Virus record (IMG/VR): IMGVR_UViG_3300019458_000004
Location: 1-64,000 of that record
Source: a virus
Taxonomy: Duplodnaviria > Heunggongvirae > Uroviricota > Caudoviricetes
Strand: one strand, 5' to 3'
Length of the DNA: 64,000 nucleotides
The position numbers and the translations under genes were made by a program. Shown one piece after another: positions 54,573 through 64,000 of the stretch. Positions within the stretch are counted from its first letter, which is position 1. The number at the start of each line of letters is the position of its first letter. The notes below the pieces were generated by a model. That model saw only the letters and a program-made list of their open reading frames with translations. It was not told where the DNA came from and made no database searches.

Positions 54573-55226
54573 ATGGAATATAAAATATGTAAAATTTGTG
54601 AGATAAAAAAACCCTACTTTTTTAAAAAATTAAGCTCAAATAGAGTAAAAATTGCTAAAGACGGTGAAGGTCATAATTGGCACGGAAATACTTGCTGGGA
54701 GTGCGTAAAAAAATCTAAAAGAAAGCCAGAAAAATTTTATACTTGTTTTATTTGTAACAAAGATTTTGCTTCTGCAAGAAGCGGGATAAAATTTTGCTCT
54801 TCTGGTTGCGCTAAAAAGGTTCATAGTGGGTATAAAAGAAAAGTTCCTATTTCAAAAGAATGTTTGGTTTGTAAGTTCATTTTTTCTTCGGCTCAGCCTA
54901 AAAAGCTTTATTGTGGAATAAAATGTCATAAAAAAGGCCAAAAACAAACAGAATGGTTTAAGGCTTATAAAAAAGGCCAAAAAAGGATAGAAAGACGAAC
55001 AAAGCGTAAAGCCAAGCTAAAAGGTGTTAGTTGGTTAGATATTGAGGTAGTTTATAAACTATGTCCGCCAGGCCGGGAAGTAGATCATATTATTCCTCTC
55101 AGACATAAACTTGTTTGTGGTTTACATGTTCCTTGGAATTTACAATATTTATCAAAAACCGATAATAGCAAGAAATCTAATCTATTTGATGGCACTTCAG
55201 AAAATCTTAGTTGGAAAAAATCCTAG
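54573..55226 (+). CDS. HNH endonuclease with N-terminal zinc fingers
   Basis: Multiple CxxC pairs, then [11 protein letters not shown]...[10 protein letters not shown]. First gene of the plus block. Confidence 0.65.
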   Translation: MEYKICKICEIKKPYFFKKLSSNRVKIAKDGEGHNWHGNTCWECVKKSKRKPEKFYTCFICNKDFASARSGIKFCSSGCAKKVHSGYKRKVPISKECLVCKFIFSSAQPKKLYCGIKCHKKGQKQTEWFKAYKKGQKRIERRTKRKAKLKGVSWLDIEVVYKLCPPGREVDHIIPLRHKLVCGLHVPWNLQYLSKTDNSKKSNLFDGTSENLSWKKS

Positions 55227-55510
55227 TTACATTTTTAAGCTTAACTATATCCCAGGCTCAATATGATTCTAGTTACAAGAATCACTTGTCCCCACTCGGT
55301 TACAAAACACTCTTTATAGGCTTGTTTTTATAGAAATGTCCCCGAACGGTTACAGCGGGATAATGTTTACCATTACGTAATAAGATACTAACAAGATAGT
55401 ATAGTTTTGTAGTTATCTTAGTGTGTGTATTATGCGCGAAAGGGTAGGAGTTGAATGGCAGAATAAAAGGGTCTTATTTTGTGTTTATTTGGCTTATAGG
55501 AGCTTCTCAA

Positions 55511-55762
55511 CTATTCGGCAGGGGGTTCAGAGGGGGCTCCTGCAATTTGGCTTATAGCGTCAAGGAATTGGCCTATTTTAAGTTTAACACACTCGTTAAT
55601 CGCTTCTTCTGAGGCTTCTGGTAACTCTTTTCGGCAGACTGGTTCAAAATAGGCGGTCATTGCAATCTGATCTACAGTAATTTGAAAATTCACAGTTCCA
55701 CTATGCTCTTGCTTCATGGCACAGGCACTGAAAAAGAACAATAAAAGGATTAGGTATTTCAT
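55511..55762 (-). CDS. putative lipoprotein
   Basis: MKYLILLLFFFSACAM with a lipobox-like FSAC. AGGAG RBS. Confidence 0.4.
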   Translation of the reverse strand: MKYLILLLFFFSACAMKQEHSGTVNFQITVDQIAMTAYFEPVCRKELPEASEEAINECVKLKIGQFLDAISQIAGAPSEPPAE

Positions 55763-55794
55763 ACAACTCCTAGCTTTATATTAGGCACAAAATA

Positions 55795-55824
55795 AGTATA
55801 TCATATTACTTTTCCTATGTCAAA
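55795..55824 (-). promoter_or_regulatory. sigma70-like promoter (TTGACA-18-TATACT) for the lipoprotein gene
   Basis: On the minus strand: TTGACA at 55824-55819, 18-nt spacer, TATACT at 55800-55795. Confidence 0.35.
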
Positions 55825-56152
55825 ATGAATATTATGCCGGTTTTGACAATTCTAGTTACGGAAAAGTCTTCAATTTGAGAGTCAGTAAGAGTTGTTGATT
55901 TTTAGAAATCTGTGCGAAAAATGTCATGAAATATGGGTATTTTTTGTGGCTAGTGGATTTGGTTTTTGGGCATTTATTTTGAAAAACCCGTTAATTTATG
56001 ACGTTTTTAAAAAATTCGATCCCATTTTTTGGGATTTTATTTTTCGAGGGTTCTAAAGGGCTCCTAGTTAGGGAGATAATTTAGGGATGAGATCATAATA
56101 ATATTAACAACTAATTCTAGTAACACATACTTTTTCGGGATTTTAGAGGATT

Positions 56153-56719
56153 ATGAAAAAGGCAGTTTTTTTAAATAAAGAGCTTAATAAATTCCTAGTT
56201 ACAAGTTCTTGTCCGGGGGTTTTTGGGTTCATAAATTTTATTGAGAAAAAGGTGTGGTTAAGCTACTCAGAAAACGTCACCGAAGCGTTAGCAAGGAATA
56301 TAAAATTGATTGAAACCCGCCAACATTCGATTAAGAATTTAGAGTATTGGGATATATGCGTTTTTGAGAAAAGCGCCAGTAAACAAGAAGCCAAGAATAA
56401 CTTCCGACTTTATTGTCAAAGCTACCGGAAAAAGGGGCTTCAAATCTTAAATCGAGAGTTTAAGTATAGGGTATGGGGGGGTATAGAAGAAGACTTTCGG
56501 GATAAAACCCGCTTTTTGTATTATATTTGGATAGGCACGAAAACTAAGAAGCTAGCTATTCTAGGAATATTTGATAAGGCGGTTGAAGGCGAGCGGTATT
56601 TAAAAGAGTTTCAAGAAGGCAACGCTGTTGAATTTCCTCCAAGTTCTAAGAGATTAGTGATAGAATATAAAGGAACAGACTTAAACCAAAAAGAATTTAA
56701 GCAAATTTTTAAGCCATGA
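56153..56719 (+). CDS. GIY-YIG-like nuclease (weak)
   Basis: PGVFGFINFIEKKVWLSYSENVTEALARN fits the GIY-x10-YIG..R spacing. Confidence 0.4.
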   Translation: MKKAVFLNKELNKFLVTSSCPGVFGFINFIEKKVWLSYSENVTEALARNIKLIETRQHSIKNLEYWDICVFEKSASKQEAKNNFRLYCQSYRKKGLQILNREFKYRVWGGIEEDFRDKTRFLYYIWIGTKTKKLAILGIFDKAVEGERYLKEFQEGNAVEFPPSSKRLVIEYKGTDLNQKEFKQIFKP

Positions 56720-56934
56720 AACTCTATTCAAAACACGATAGGCTATTAAACAATAGCTGTGAATTAAATAATAATGATGTCTTTGTAAGAGTACGTTTTA
56801 ATGAGGTATATAAAAAATGTGGGTGGGGGTATGATAGTAAATCTTACAGGCTTAGGAATCAATTTTGGCTTGACATTAAAAGTTTAGGTAAAAATTATTT
56901 TAATCAACCATTCATTTTAAAACCAAAGAAATGA
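56716..56934 (+). CDS. hypothetical protein
   Basis: 72-aa ORF, ATGA overlap. Confidence 0.35.
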   Translation: MKLYSKHDRLLNNSCELNNNDVFVRVRFNEVYKKCGWGYDSKSYRLRNQFWLDIKSLGKNYFNQPFILKPKK

Positions 56935-56935
56935 T

Positions 56936-57151
56936 ATGTGGGATCGTTTTAATGATAGAATTGACCGTTTTAATCTTCGGAAAAGTTTAATATCGGGCTG
57001 GGGGAGCAGCCTACATAAAAATCCATCAAACGGTTTAAATAAAGGACTTTGGGTGGATTACGGTCTTACAGATCATTGTATTTCAGTAACCAATATAAAA
57101 TATAAGGAATTTCAATATTTTCAACTTCCAAGGCCAATAAAAGATAAGTAA
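56936..57151 (+). CDS. hypothetical protein
   Basis: 71-aa ORF. Confidence 0.35.
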   Translation: MWDRFNDRIDRFNLRKSLISGWGSSLHKNPSNGLNKGLWVDYGLTDHCISVTNIKYKEFQYFQLPRPIKDK

Positions 57152-57186
57152 CTAGACTTTTATTTATTTTATGTTATAATTGTTTC

Positions 57187-57567
57187 ATGTCGAAAAGAAA
57201 ATTTAAGATTGTACCAAGTAAGTCGGTTTTTTCAGATGTAGATGATACCTTAATTATGTGGGAGCCAGAAGGCGGTAATTTTAAAAACCACCCCGAAGCA
57301 ATTGAAATCGATATGTTCGGCACCAAGAAGCTTTTTCTTCCAATGTGGGACAACATCCAAAAACTTAAAATATTCTATGAACGTGGTTATGAAGTAGTAG
57401 TTTGGAGTTTAAGTTCAAAAGAATGGGCCGATAAAGTCGTGGATGCTTTAGGTATTAGAGAATGGGTTGATTATTGTGTGTCGAAGCCAGATTTTTATCT
57501 AGACGATAGAGAAGTTGACCATTTTATGCTACCGGAGAAACGTATTTATTATCCGCATAAGCCCTAA
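57187..57567 (+). CDS. HAD-superfamily phosphatase (small, nucleotidase-like)
   Basis: Motif I FSDVDDTL, motif II VVWSLSS, motif III/IV K...DD(RE). Confidence 0.55.
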   Translation: MSKRKFKIVPSKSVFSDVDDTLIMWEPEGGNFKNHPEAIEIDMFGTKKLFLPMWDNIQKLKIFYERGYEVVVWSLSSKEWADKVVDALGIREWVDYCVSKPDFYLDDREVDHFMLPEKRIYYPHKP

Positions 57568-57755
57568 TGAAAAACTTCCGCGCTCTTCTTCGATATGCAC
57601 TCTATTACCCTAACGCCGAGCTTCATTTAATTTATCGGATTAAATATAATAAATCGGCCTGCATAACCTATACTAAAAATAAACTATGGGTTAAAAAGCT
57701 AAAGTCTAGCAAAATTTTTACTGTAAAACGAATTCTTATTTGTAGAATTCACTAA
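57567..57755 (+). CDS. hypothetical protein
   Basis: 62-aa ORF. Confidence 0.3.
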   Translation: MKNFRALLRYALYYPNAELHLIYRIKYNKSACITYTKNKLWVKKLKSSKIFTVKRILICRIH

Positions 57756-57763
57756 GGAGTTAT

Positions 57764-57961
57764 ATGAAATTAGATAAACGTGTTTGTAAAAAATGTATGA
57801 AATTACATGCTAGAGCTTATTCTGGAAAAAAGGGTAAAAACACTTTTTGGCGCGACGAACACGGTTTGCTTTGGAATGGGAAGATCTGCGGCGGCTGTAA
57901 TCGTGAGCGTATTCGTGAAGCTGTAGCGAAACACCGGATTAAGAAGTTAAGTGGTCAATAA
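57764..57961 (+). CDS. hypothetical zinc-ribbon protein
   Basis: CKKCMKLH...CGGCN. Confidence 0.35.
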   Translation: MKLDKRVCKKCMKLHARAYSGKKGKNTFWRDEHGLLWNGKICGGCNRERIREAVAKHRIKKLSGQ

Positions 57962-58269
57962 TGGATTTAACCGATCAAATAGAGTCGTATCTTTATGAGG
58001 CCGATTTATGCAGTAATATTATTCAATGGTCGAATTATGTTATTGATAAATTAGAGGGTCGCCCAGATCTTCAAGAAGTTTATATTGATGAACTCAAACC
58101 AATAATTGAGGAATACCTTCAAACGATAAAAGCCTTACAATTCTTATTTGAGGAATACTTTGTTTGGGAAAGAAAGATACAGTCTACTAGGAATTTACGT
58201 TATAGAAGATTGTATAAATTAATTTTGAAGGATTTGGCTAAGCCGGTTCCACCAACTTTAAGTTTTTAG
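57961..58269 (+). CDS. hypothetical protein
   Basis: 102-aa ORF. Confidence 0.35.
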   Translation: MDLTDQIESYLYEADLCSNIIQWSNYVIDKLEGRPDLQEVYIDELKPIIEEYLQTIKALQFLFEEYFVWERKIQSTRNLRYRRLYKLILKDLAKPVPPTLSF

Positions 58270-58804
58270 TTTTCCAATCTGCAACTTCACAATGCGGTAA
58301 TTCATAGAAAGCACTTCCCGGCGCTCCATACCATTTTATCTTAAAATCAGCAGCAGCATTATGTGCATCTATTGCCGGTTTGACAACGGTATTAAACCAA
58401 TCTTTAGGCCATTCTGCACCATTTATATGTAATTTAAAAATATCGAGTCCCGCACCAAAATTATGGGAGCTTTGCCCATAATGAGCTTTGGAAGTGCCTT
58501 TTTTAAAATATTCTTCTTGTGCTAATTTTCCCCTTCCAGCATCGCTAATATGGGCTTCCGGATGACTGGCTTGCAATTGTACAAACCACGCTTTTAGACC
58601 TTCGTGAAATCCAGGATAACGATTAAATATAAGTTCACACTTGGAACATTTACCGTCGTTGGCGTGTTTGGCCGGTTTTTGTGCAGGTATTTTCAAGGCT
58701 TCCGGTTTAATTAGAGAATCTTCTTTTTTAGGCTGAGAAGCCGCGCCAGAACTATCATCGGATTTAAAAAATAACGATAAAAGAAGTTTAATTAAATTAA
58801 CCAT
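58238..58804 (-). CDS. peptidase M15 (VanY/L-Ala-D-Glu peptidase-like) endolysin with N-terminal signal/SAR-like segment
   Basis: SSHNFGAGLD (SxHxxGxAxD) and downstream ELPHCE. N-terminal hydrophobic MVNLIKLLLSLFF. Confidence 0.55.
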   Translation of the reverse strand: MVNLIKLLLSLFFKSDDSSGAASQPKKEDSLIKPEALKIPAQKPAKHANDGKCSKCELIFNRYPGFHEGLKAWFVQLQASHPEAHISDAGRGKLAQEEYFKKGTSKAHYGQSSHNFGAGLDIFKLHINGAEWPKDWFNTVVKPAIDAHNAAADFKIKWYGAPGSAFYELPHCEVADWKTKNLKLVEPA

Positions 58805-58929
58805 AACAAGATATTTAAAGTTGTTAACTTAACAACTTATATAAAGAAACTCACGACTAACAGCCATTCCTATGGCAATACAAAAGCGCAAGTAGTGAGT
58901 AGTTTCTTTTTATTTTTATAAGGAGTTAT

Positions 58930-59202
58930 ATGTTAAAATATCGAAACGGGTTTCTTTTATTTTTATTTTCTATGGGTTTCGGAAAAACCCTTTTTTATCC
59001 AGCCTCTTTTGTTGATGCAGCAATTTTATTAATTACCGGAGTCGTTTTTGCTTATCTCGAAGCCAAAACTCAAGATAAAAAAATTGCTGAATTTGAACAA
59101 ATGTTTCTCAAGCATCAAGCCGAATTTTCACTTTTAAACGATAAAATTTCTTCTTTTAAAGTAATTCAACAAGCTAAGCCCGGAGCATTAACTTTTAGAT
59201 AA
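58930..59202 (+). CDS. holin-like small membrane protein
   Basis: Two TM helices (FLLFLFSMGFG, AAILLITGVVFAYL). Located next to the endolysin and terminase genes. Confidence 0.35.
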   Translation: MLKYRNGFLLFLFSMGFGKTLFYPASFVDAAILLITGVVFAYLEAKTQDKKIAEFEQMFLKHQAEFSLLNDKISSFKVIQQAKPGALTFR

Positions 59203-59208
59203 TAAAAT

Positions 59209-59643
59209 ATGTCAGATAATATTGATCAACTTGCACAAAACTTTAAAACCCTAAAAGAATTACGTCAATATTGTGATAGTCAATATCGGGTGATTGTTCA
59301 ATTAAATAAAAAAATTGTTTCATTAGAAGAAGAAAATAAACATTTAAAAGAAATGCTCACCAAATCTACCCCAATTCTTGAAGAAGAAAACGAAACAATT
59401 GCCATCTATAAAGATATTACTGATGAACTTGCTGTTTGTCTAATGCAAATTAAACTTCTTCGTGATCGTTGTTCAAACGGAATGACCGAATTAACTTTCG
59501 AAGAAGCAAAAAAGTTAGATATTTACACAAAACTCCTTATTCAATTAAAAACCGGAGAAAAGCCAGAAGAAAGTCTTACGAAAACATTATCAGATGAAGA
59601 ACTTTTAAAGCTTTTAAACGAAGAAATTTCTAAAAATGGATAA
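59209..59643 (+). CDS. putative terminase small subunit (positional)
   Basis: 144-aa coiled-coil protein directly upstream of and overlapping the large terminase. Confidence 0.35.
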   Translation: MSDNIDQLAQNFKTLKELRQYCDSQYRVIVQLNKKIVSLEEENKHLKEMLTKSTPILEEENETIAIYKDITDELAVCLMQIKLLRDRCSNGMTELTFEEAKKLDIYTKLLIQLKTGEKPEESLTKTLSDEELLKLLNEEISKNG

Positions 59644-61096
59644 GAAGCTTATCAGTAAAAGAGCAGCAACAGATGAATTATGGCGTCGAGGTGCTTTATC
59701 TTTATTTAAACTAGACGAAGCCCAAAAAGATTTCTCTGAAAAAATTAAAGCTTCTCCTGATAAAATCATTATTATTCTTTCCTCGCGGCGTATTGGTAAA
59801 ACTTTTGGCGCCCTCGTTCTGGCGGCGGAAACCTGCTTAAAAAAATCCGGAGCCGTAGTTAAGTTTCTAGCCCCAACTAAAATAATGATTAATGACATTG
59901 TTGAAAAAACAATGCCCCTTATTTTTGAAGATTGTCCTGAAGAATTAAAGCCACAACAGTTAAAAAGTAAATATACTTATAAATTTCAAAATGATTCACG
60001 ATTAGAACTCGCCGGAGCCGATTCCGGCCATGCCGAAAAACTTCGTGGTAGTTTTGCCGATCTTTGTATTGTAGATGAAGCGGGATTTTGTAACGACTTA
60101 ACGAATACTGTGCGTAGTGTTCTTATTCCGACCACAACTAATACCAAAGGAAAAATTATTCTTTTGAGCACTCCGCCAACTGATCCTGAGCATGATTTTA
60201 TGAAATTTGTCGAGGAAGCGGATCTAAAAGGGACATTGATAAAAAAGACGATTTATGATAATCCACGTATTAAACCGGATGAAATTGCTGAAATTCTAGC
60301 AGCCTATCCTGGTGGTGCCAATCACCCAGACTTTAAGCGCGAATACCTTTGTATTGTACAAAAGAACTTAGAATATGCGGCTGTTCCAGAATTCACTGAT
60401 GAATTAGAAAAAGAAATTGTGGTTAATTGGGAAAGACCTCCCCACTTTGATTACTACGAATCTATGGATTTAGGTGGGAAAGATTTAACCGTTGTTTTAT
60501 TTGCTTATTTTGATTTTCGAAAAGCTGTAATTGTGATTGAAGACGAATTGGTTATGAACTTTCAAGAGAAAGATAATCATATTGGTCTTTTAGTAAGACA
60601 GATTAAAGAAAAAGAAGCCCAACATTTCTCCGATGTCCTTGTTCATGAGGTTAAACTGCCTTTTTTGAGGGTTTCAGATATCGATTATATTGCTTTGGGC
60701 GAGATTCGAAAACATAGTAATAATACTATTGATTTCAAGCTAGCTAAGAAAGACGACAAGCCTGCGGCAGTTAACAACTTACGTATAATGCTTTCGAACA
60801 AACGGATTATGATTAATCCGCGTTGTAAGACATTAATTAAGCACCTTAGAAACGTTAAGTGGTCTAAGAGCAACCGTAATGTGTTTGACCGGTCGGTGGA
60901 CATGGGACACTACGATGCCGTGGACGCGTTAATTTACCTTACCCGCTCCATAGTATTTAGTAAAAATCCATATCCGGCTAATTTCGGTTTAAATCAAACA
61001 GACTTAATATTTCTAGGTGATTCGAACAAACCCCGAGAATCGGCGGTTGATGTTTTTAAGACTATTTTTAAAGTAGGGAAAAAATATGGCCGATAA
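59636..61096 (+). CDS. terL: terminase large subunit
   Basis: Walker A-like ILSSRRIGKTF, Walker B LCIVDEAGF, C-terminal nuclease-like domain. Confidence 0.8.
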   Translation: MDKKLISKRAATDELWRRGALSLFKLDEAQKDFSEKIKASPDKIIIILSSRRIGKTFGALVLAAETCLKKSGAVVKFLAPTKIMINDIVEKTMPLIFEDCPEELKPQQLKSKYTYKFQNDSRLELAGADSGHAEKLRGSFADLCIVDEAGFCNDLTNTVRSVLIPTTTNTKGKIILLSTPPTDPEHDFMKFVEEADLKGTLIKKTIYDNPRIKPDEIAEILAAYPGGANHPDFKREYLCIVQKNLEYAAVPEFTDELEKEIVVNWERPPHFDYYESMDLGGKDLTVVLFAYFDFRKAVIVIEDELVMNFQEKDNHIGLLVRQIKEKEAQHFSDVLVHEVKLPFLRVSDIDYIALGEIRKHSNNTIDFKLAKKDDKPAAVNNLRIMLSNKRIMINPRCKTLIKHLRNVKWSKSNRNVFDRSVDMGHYDAVDALIYLTRSIVFSKNPYPANFGLNQTDLIFLGDSNKPRESAVDVFKTIFKVGKKYGR

Positions 61097-63113
61097 TAAG
61101 CGCGGAGATAAATCAGTTTATTTTGCTAATCGAGAACCCAACGAATTAGCCGCAGATCTTTTATACAGAGCAAAAAGTTTTTATAGTTTTCTTAATAAAA
61201 ACGATTACTTAGTTAAAGTTGCCGATAACTGGCGTTTTTATTACGGTCTTTTCCGTGACAGTCTTTATCTAGGTCATAAAGTCAGTTATACCGGTGAACA
61301 AGGTGAATTAGTTTCCCTTCCTGTAAACGAATTCCGAAATATTGCTCAACATATTTACGTAATGATTACGGCTAATCGTCCGACGATGGAAGCTCGTGCG
61401 ATTAATACTGATGCTAAGTCGCTTTCCCAAGCTTATCTCGCAAACGGCATTCTTGATTACTATATGCGTGAACGTAATCTTGAAGACGCATTAAAAGCAT
61501 GCACAGAAATGGCGGTCGTTCTTGGTTCTGGTTTCATTAAAATGGAATGGAACGCTATGGCTGGTGAACCATATGATTTTGATCCCGAAACCGGTGCTTA
61601 CAATTATCAAGGAGAAGTTGAATTTACTAATCTTTCTCCATTTGATGTTGTATATGATGGCACGCGCGAACAATACGATCCAGACTGGGTTTTAGTACGT
61701 AGTTTTAAAAACCGTTACGATTTGATGGCTAAATACCCAGAACTAGCTGAAAAAATTCATACTGTTTCTACTAAAGACGACGGGCGACAATATAGGCTTT
61801 CAGTTTGGTCAAATGATGATACGGATGATATTGCGGTTTATGAATTTTTCCATAAAAGAACAGAATCTGTCCCGGAAGGCAAGTATTCATTATTTGTTGC
61901 TGAAGATATTACTCTAATGACCGTCCCACTTCCTTATAGGGCTCTACCGGTCTTTAGAATGACCCCAGGCAACATCATGGGAACCCCCTATGGTTACACT
62001 CCTCTTTTCGATATCTTCCCGCTCCAAGAGGCTTTAAACTCATTATTCAGCACTTTTATGACGAACTTGAACGCTTTTGGTGTTCAAAGTATTTACGTGC
62101 CTCGCGGGGCCGATATTTCTATCGCTTCGCTTGAAGGCGGAATGAATGTTATTCAAGGTAATGAAAAGCCAGAACCTATTCAATTATCCTCTACTCCTCC
62201 TGAATTATTTGAGGCCATTAAGCTTATTCGTGAAGAAATTGAAACCATTTCGGGTATTAGTAGCGTAACTCGTGGACAGCCAGAAGCGTCTCTTAAATCT
62301 GGCAACGCTTTAGCGCTTGTACAGTCAATGTCATTACAATTTATTTCTGGTCTTCAACAAAGTTATATAAAGCTTATTGAATCAGTTGGAACGCAACTTA
62401 TCAATAATCTTAAGGATTTTGCTAAAGCACCTCGTATTGCGGCAATCGTCGGTAAATACAATAAAACCCTTCTAAAAGAATTTACTGGCGAAGATTTGTC
62501 GGCCATTAATCGTGTAGTTGTAGATGTGGGCAATCCTCTCAGTAAAACTACAGCCGGGCGTGTACAAATGGCTGAACAAATGCTCCAAATGAATCTTTTA
62601 AAAACACCACAAGAATATTTTCAAGTTATTAAAACCGGTGAACTGGATTCAGCTTTCGAAGGCGATCTTCATGAACTCTTTTTAATTAAACAAGAAAACG
62701 AAAAAATGATGGAAGGGTTCTCACCTCTTGTTTCGCCAATTGATCAACATCGAACACATATTAATGAACATCGCGGGGTATTAGCCGATTCAGATATTCG
62801 TGAAAATCCTGAATTAGTCCGTGTAGTTATGGATCATATTGCACGACATATGGATGCTCTAAGAAATACCGACCCTGAATTACTACAACTTGTTGGCGAA
62901 CAACCTTTAAATCCAATTCCGCAACCTCTTGGAACTTCTCAAGCCCCTCAAGGACCACAAGGAAGTTATTCAGCTTCTGAAACTATGGCTCCACAAGGCG
63001 GTTTACCTCAAAGTGGTGAAAAATTAAATACGGGTGAAACTTTACCAAAACCTGCTTCCCCTCCTCCGCCCTTTGAATCATTACCAACTAATCCAGGAGA
63101 TATTCCACAGTAA
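61086..63113 (+). CDS. putative portal protein
   Basis: 675-aa ORF immediately after terL with a Pro/Gln-rich C-terminal tail; assignment by size and position. Confidence 0.5.
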   Translation: MADNKRGDKSVYFANREPNELAADLLYRAKSFYSFLNKNDYLVKVADNWRFYYGLFRDSLYLGHKVSYTGEQGELVSLPVNEFRNIAQHIYVMITANRPTMEARAINTDAKSLSQAYLANGILDYYMRERNLEDALKACTEMAVVLGSGFIKMEWNAMAGEPYDFDPETGAYNYQGEVEFTNLSPFDVVYDGTREQYDPDWVLVRSFKNRYDLMAKYPELAEKIHTVSTKDDGRQYRLSVWSNDDTDDIAVYEFFHKRTESVPEGKYSLFVAEDITLMTVPLPYRALPVFRMTPGNIMGTPYGYTPLFDIFPLQEALNSLFSTFMTNLNAFGVQSIYVPRGADISIASLEGGMNVIQGNEKPEPIQLSSTPPELFEAIKLIREEIETISGISSVTRGQPEASLKSGNALALVQSMSLQFISGLQQSYIKLIESVGTQLINNLKDFAKAPRIAAIVGKYNKTLLKEFTGEDLSAINRVVVDVGNPLSKTTAGRVQMAEQMLQMNLLKTPQEYFQVIKTGELDSAFEGDLHELFLIKQENEKMMEGFSPLVSPIDQHRTHINEHRGVLADSDIRENPELVRVVMDHIARHMDALRNTDPELLQLVGEQPLNPIPQPLGTSQAPQGPQGSYSASETMAPQGGLPQSGEKLNTGETLPKPASPPPPFESLPTNPGDIPQ

Positions 63114-63119
63114 GTTTTT

Positions 63120-63353
63120 ATGGGAAATTGGCAAGAAAAAAATCTAAAGAACTCTTCTGATGTTTGGTTCGTTGCTTTTTTACTGCATAAGAATTGTTCA
63201 ATTATTAAGTACGATATCATGGAGCGTGGTCGCGTTCGGTGTTATTTTGCGCTTAATGACAAAGAATGGCAAGATTATAAGCTCGAATTTAATAATAGTG
63301 AGATTATCAAATATAAAGCTACAATCGAAAGAATTAAAGACCTCGGATATTAG
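63120..63353 (+). CDS. hypothetical protein
   Basis: 77-aa ORF. Confidence 0.35.
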   Translation: MGNWQEKNLKNSSDVWFVAFLLHKNCSIIKYDIMERGRVRCYFALNDKEWQDYKLEFNNSEIIKYKATIERIKDLGY

Positions 63354-63397
63354 TTATTTAACAATATAAATGTGTTTTGTTACGTTAAAGGTTAAAA

Positions 63398-64000
63398 ATG
63401 GCTCCTCAAATATATCCCGTTACACTGCTTGATTCTAATCAAGTCATTCAATATGTATACGACGAAGATACCCAATCACTTCGTACCACAGCTACTGCAA
63501 CAATTATTGGCGGGGATTTAACCGTTGATATTGATGGTATTTATGCGCTATTAACAAATCCAGATCCAGATAACATTGGTTTAATTGGGCATATCCGAGC
63601 GGCGTCACCAAGCGATTCAGATCAAACCAACCGCTTAACTTCTATAACCAATGGAATTATACACGCGTTAGATGTTTCTATACATAACTCTGATGGCGCT
63701 CCTATTGATGTAACGAATCCTATTTTTGTTGATACAAGTTCAACCGCTTCAATTCCGACAACTTTTAACGTTTCAGCGGCAGTAGCCGGAACGGAATACT
63801 CACAAGTAATTCCGATTGGAACTAAACGATTTATGGCTAAAATTCGATCAGGCGATGCTAAAACTCAATTTGCTTATGTATCTGGCCAAAGTGGAACGAA
63901 TTACACGACAATTCGAACCGGTTGTTTTTATGAAGAAATTAATTTAAATCTAACCTCCGCTATAACTTTTTATTTTCAGACCAATCAAGCAGGTCAAACA
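63398..64000 (+). CDS. structural-module protein, 5' partial (runs off the window)
   Basis: Open frame from ATG 63398 to the window end (MAPQIYPVTLLDSNQ...), not in the supplied track because it has no stop. Confidence 0.4.
   Translation, partial: MAPQIYPVTLLDSNQVIQYVYDEDTQSLRTTATATIIGGDLTVDIDGIYALLTNPDPDNIGLIGHIRAASPSDSDQTNRLTSITNGIIHALDVSIHNSDGAPIDVTNPIFVDTSSTASIPTTFNVSAAVAGTEYSQVIPIGTKRFMAKIRSGDAKTQFAYVSGQSGTNYTTIRTGCFYEEINLNLTSAITFYFQTNQAGQT

Noticed and set aside
341-63369. Opposite-strand ORFs embedded in annotated genes (for example 341..544+, 1358..1573+, 2193..2387+, 3207..3395+, 23419..24288+, 26450..26659+, 43702..44058+, 44888..45250+, 59614..59898-, 60685..60903-, 61491..61673-, 63008..63220-).
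   Set aside because: Antisense to longer ORFs with clear domains, low-complexity Phe/Leu/Ile-rich translations, and they break the co-directional operon structure.

Overview
AT-rich dsDNA bacteriophage genome segment. It starts with the 3' end of a plus-strand gene (1..132). A ~53 kb minus-strand block of replication, nucleotide-metabolism and accessory genes follows (334..53123). From 54573 a plus-strand block begins, and the window ends inside it with an M15 endolysin-like gene on the opposite strand, terminase small/large subunits, a putative portal and the start of structural genes. Recognisable minus-strand content: a family-B DNA polymerase split into at least two ORFs, the N-terminal one carrying a LAGLIDADG intein; AEP-primase/SF4-helicase; DEDD exonuclease; AAA+ ATPase; RecA-like recombinase; gp2.5-like SSB; endonuclease VII; PD-(D/E)XK nuclease; DUF4326-UDG fusion; HNH-dUTPase fusion; dCMP deaminase; ThyX; class-II-like RNR; P-loop kinases; peptide deformylase and PTH2 peptidyl-tRNA hydrolase; subtilase and metzincin peptidases; SPFH protein; a lipoprotein plus an OMP-barrel-like protein. 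About 15 homing-endonuclease genes are present (HNH, GIY-YIG, free-standing LAGLIDADG, two inteins). One canonical tRNA-Asn(GUU) is present. The most unusual feature is a Ro60/Rsr orthologue (TROVE+vWA) interrupted by a single in-frame TGA. It is followed immediately by a Y-RNA-like ncRNA whose tRNA-like module is permuted (T-arm, then an acceptor helix closed by a GAAA tetraloop, then a D-arm) and by a second tRNA-like element with a 6-nt anticodon loop. Other anomalies: a ~0.9 kb high-GC island (about 53.64-54.50 kb) carrying inverted fragments of a 2OG-Fe(II) oxygenase and a beta-propeller gene at the strand-switch point; a small serine recombinase (invertase/resolvase type) 3.5 kb away; a frameshifted nucleotidyltransferase; repeat-rich non-coding regions (53.1-53.6 kb, 55.2-56.2 kb, 22.5-22.8 kb) that may be origins or regulatory regions; and a 13-mer (GTCTGGTCCCGGA on the minus strand) repeated in three intergenic sites. 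Non-ORF coordinates were derived by hand and may be off by 1-2 nt.
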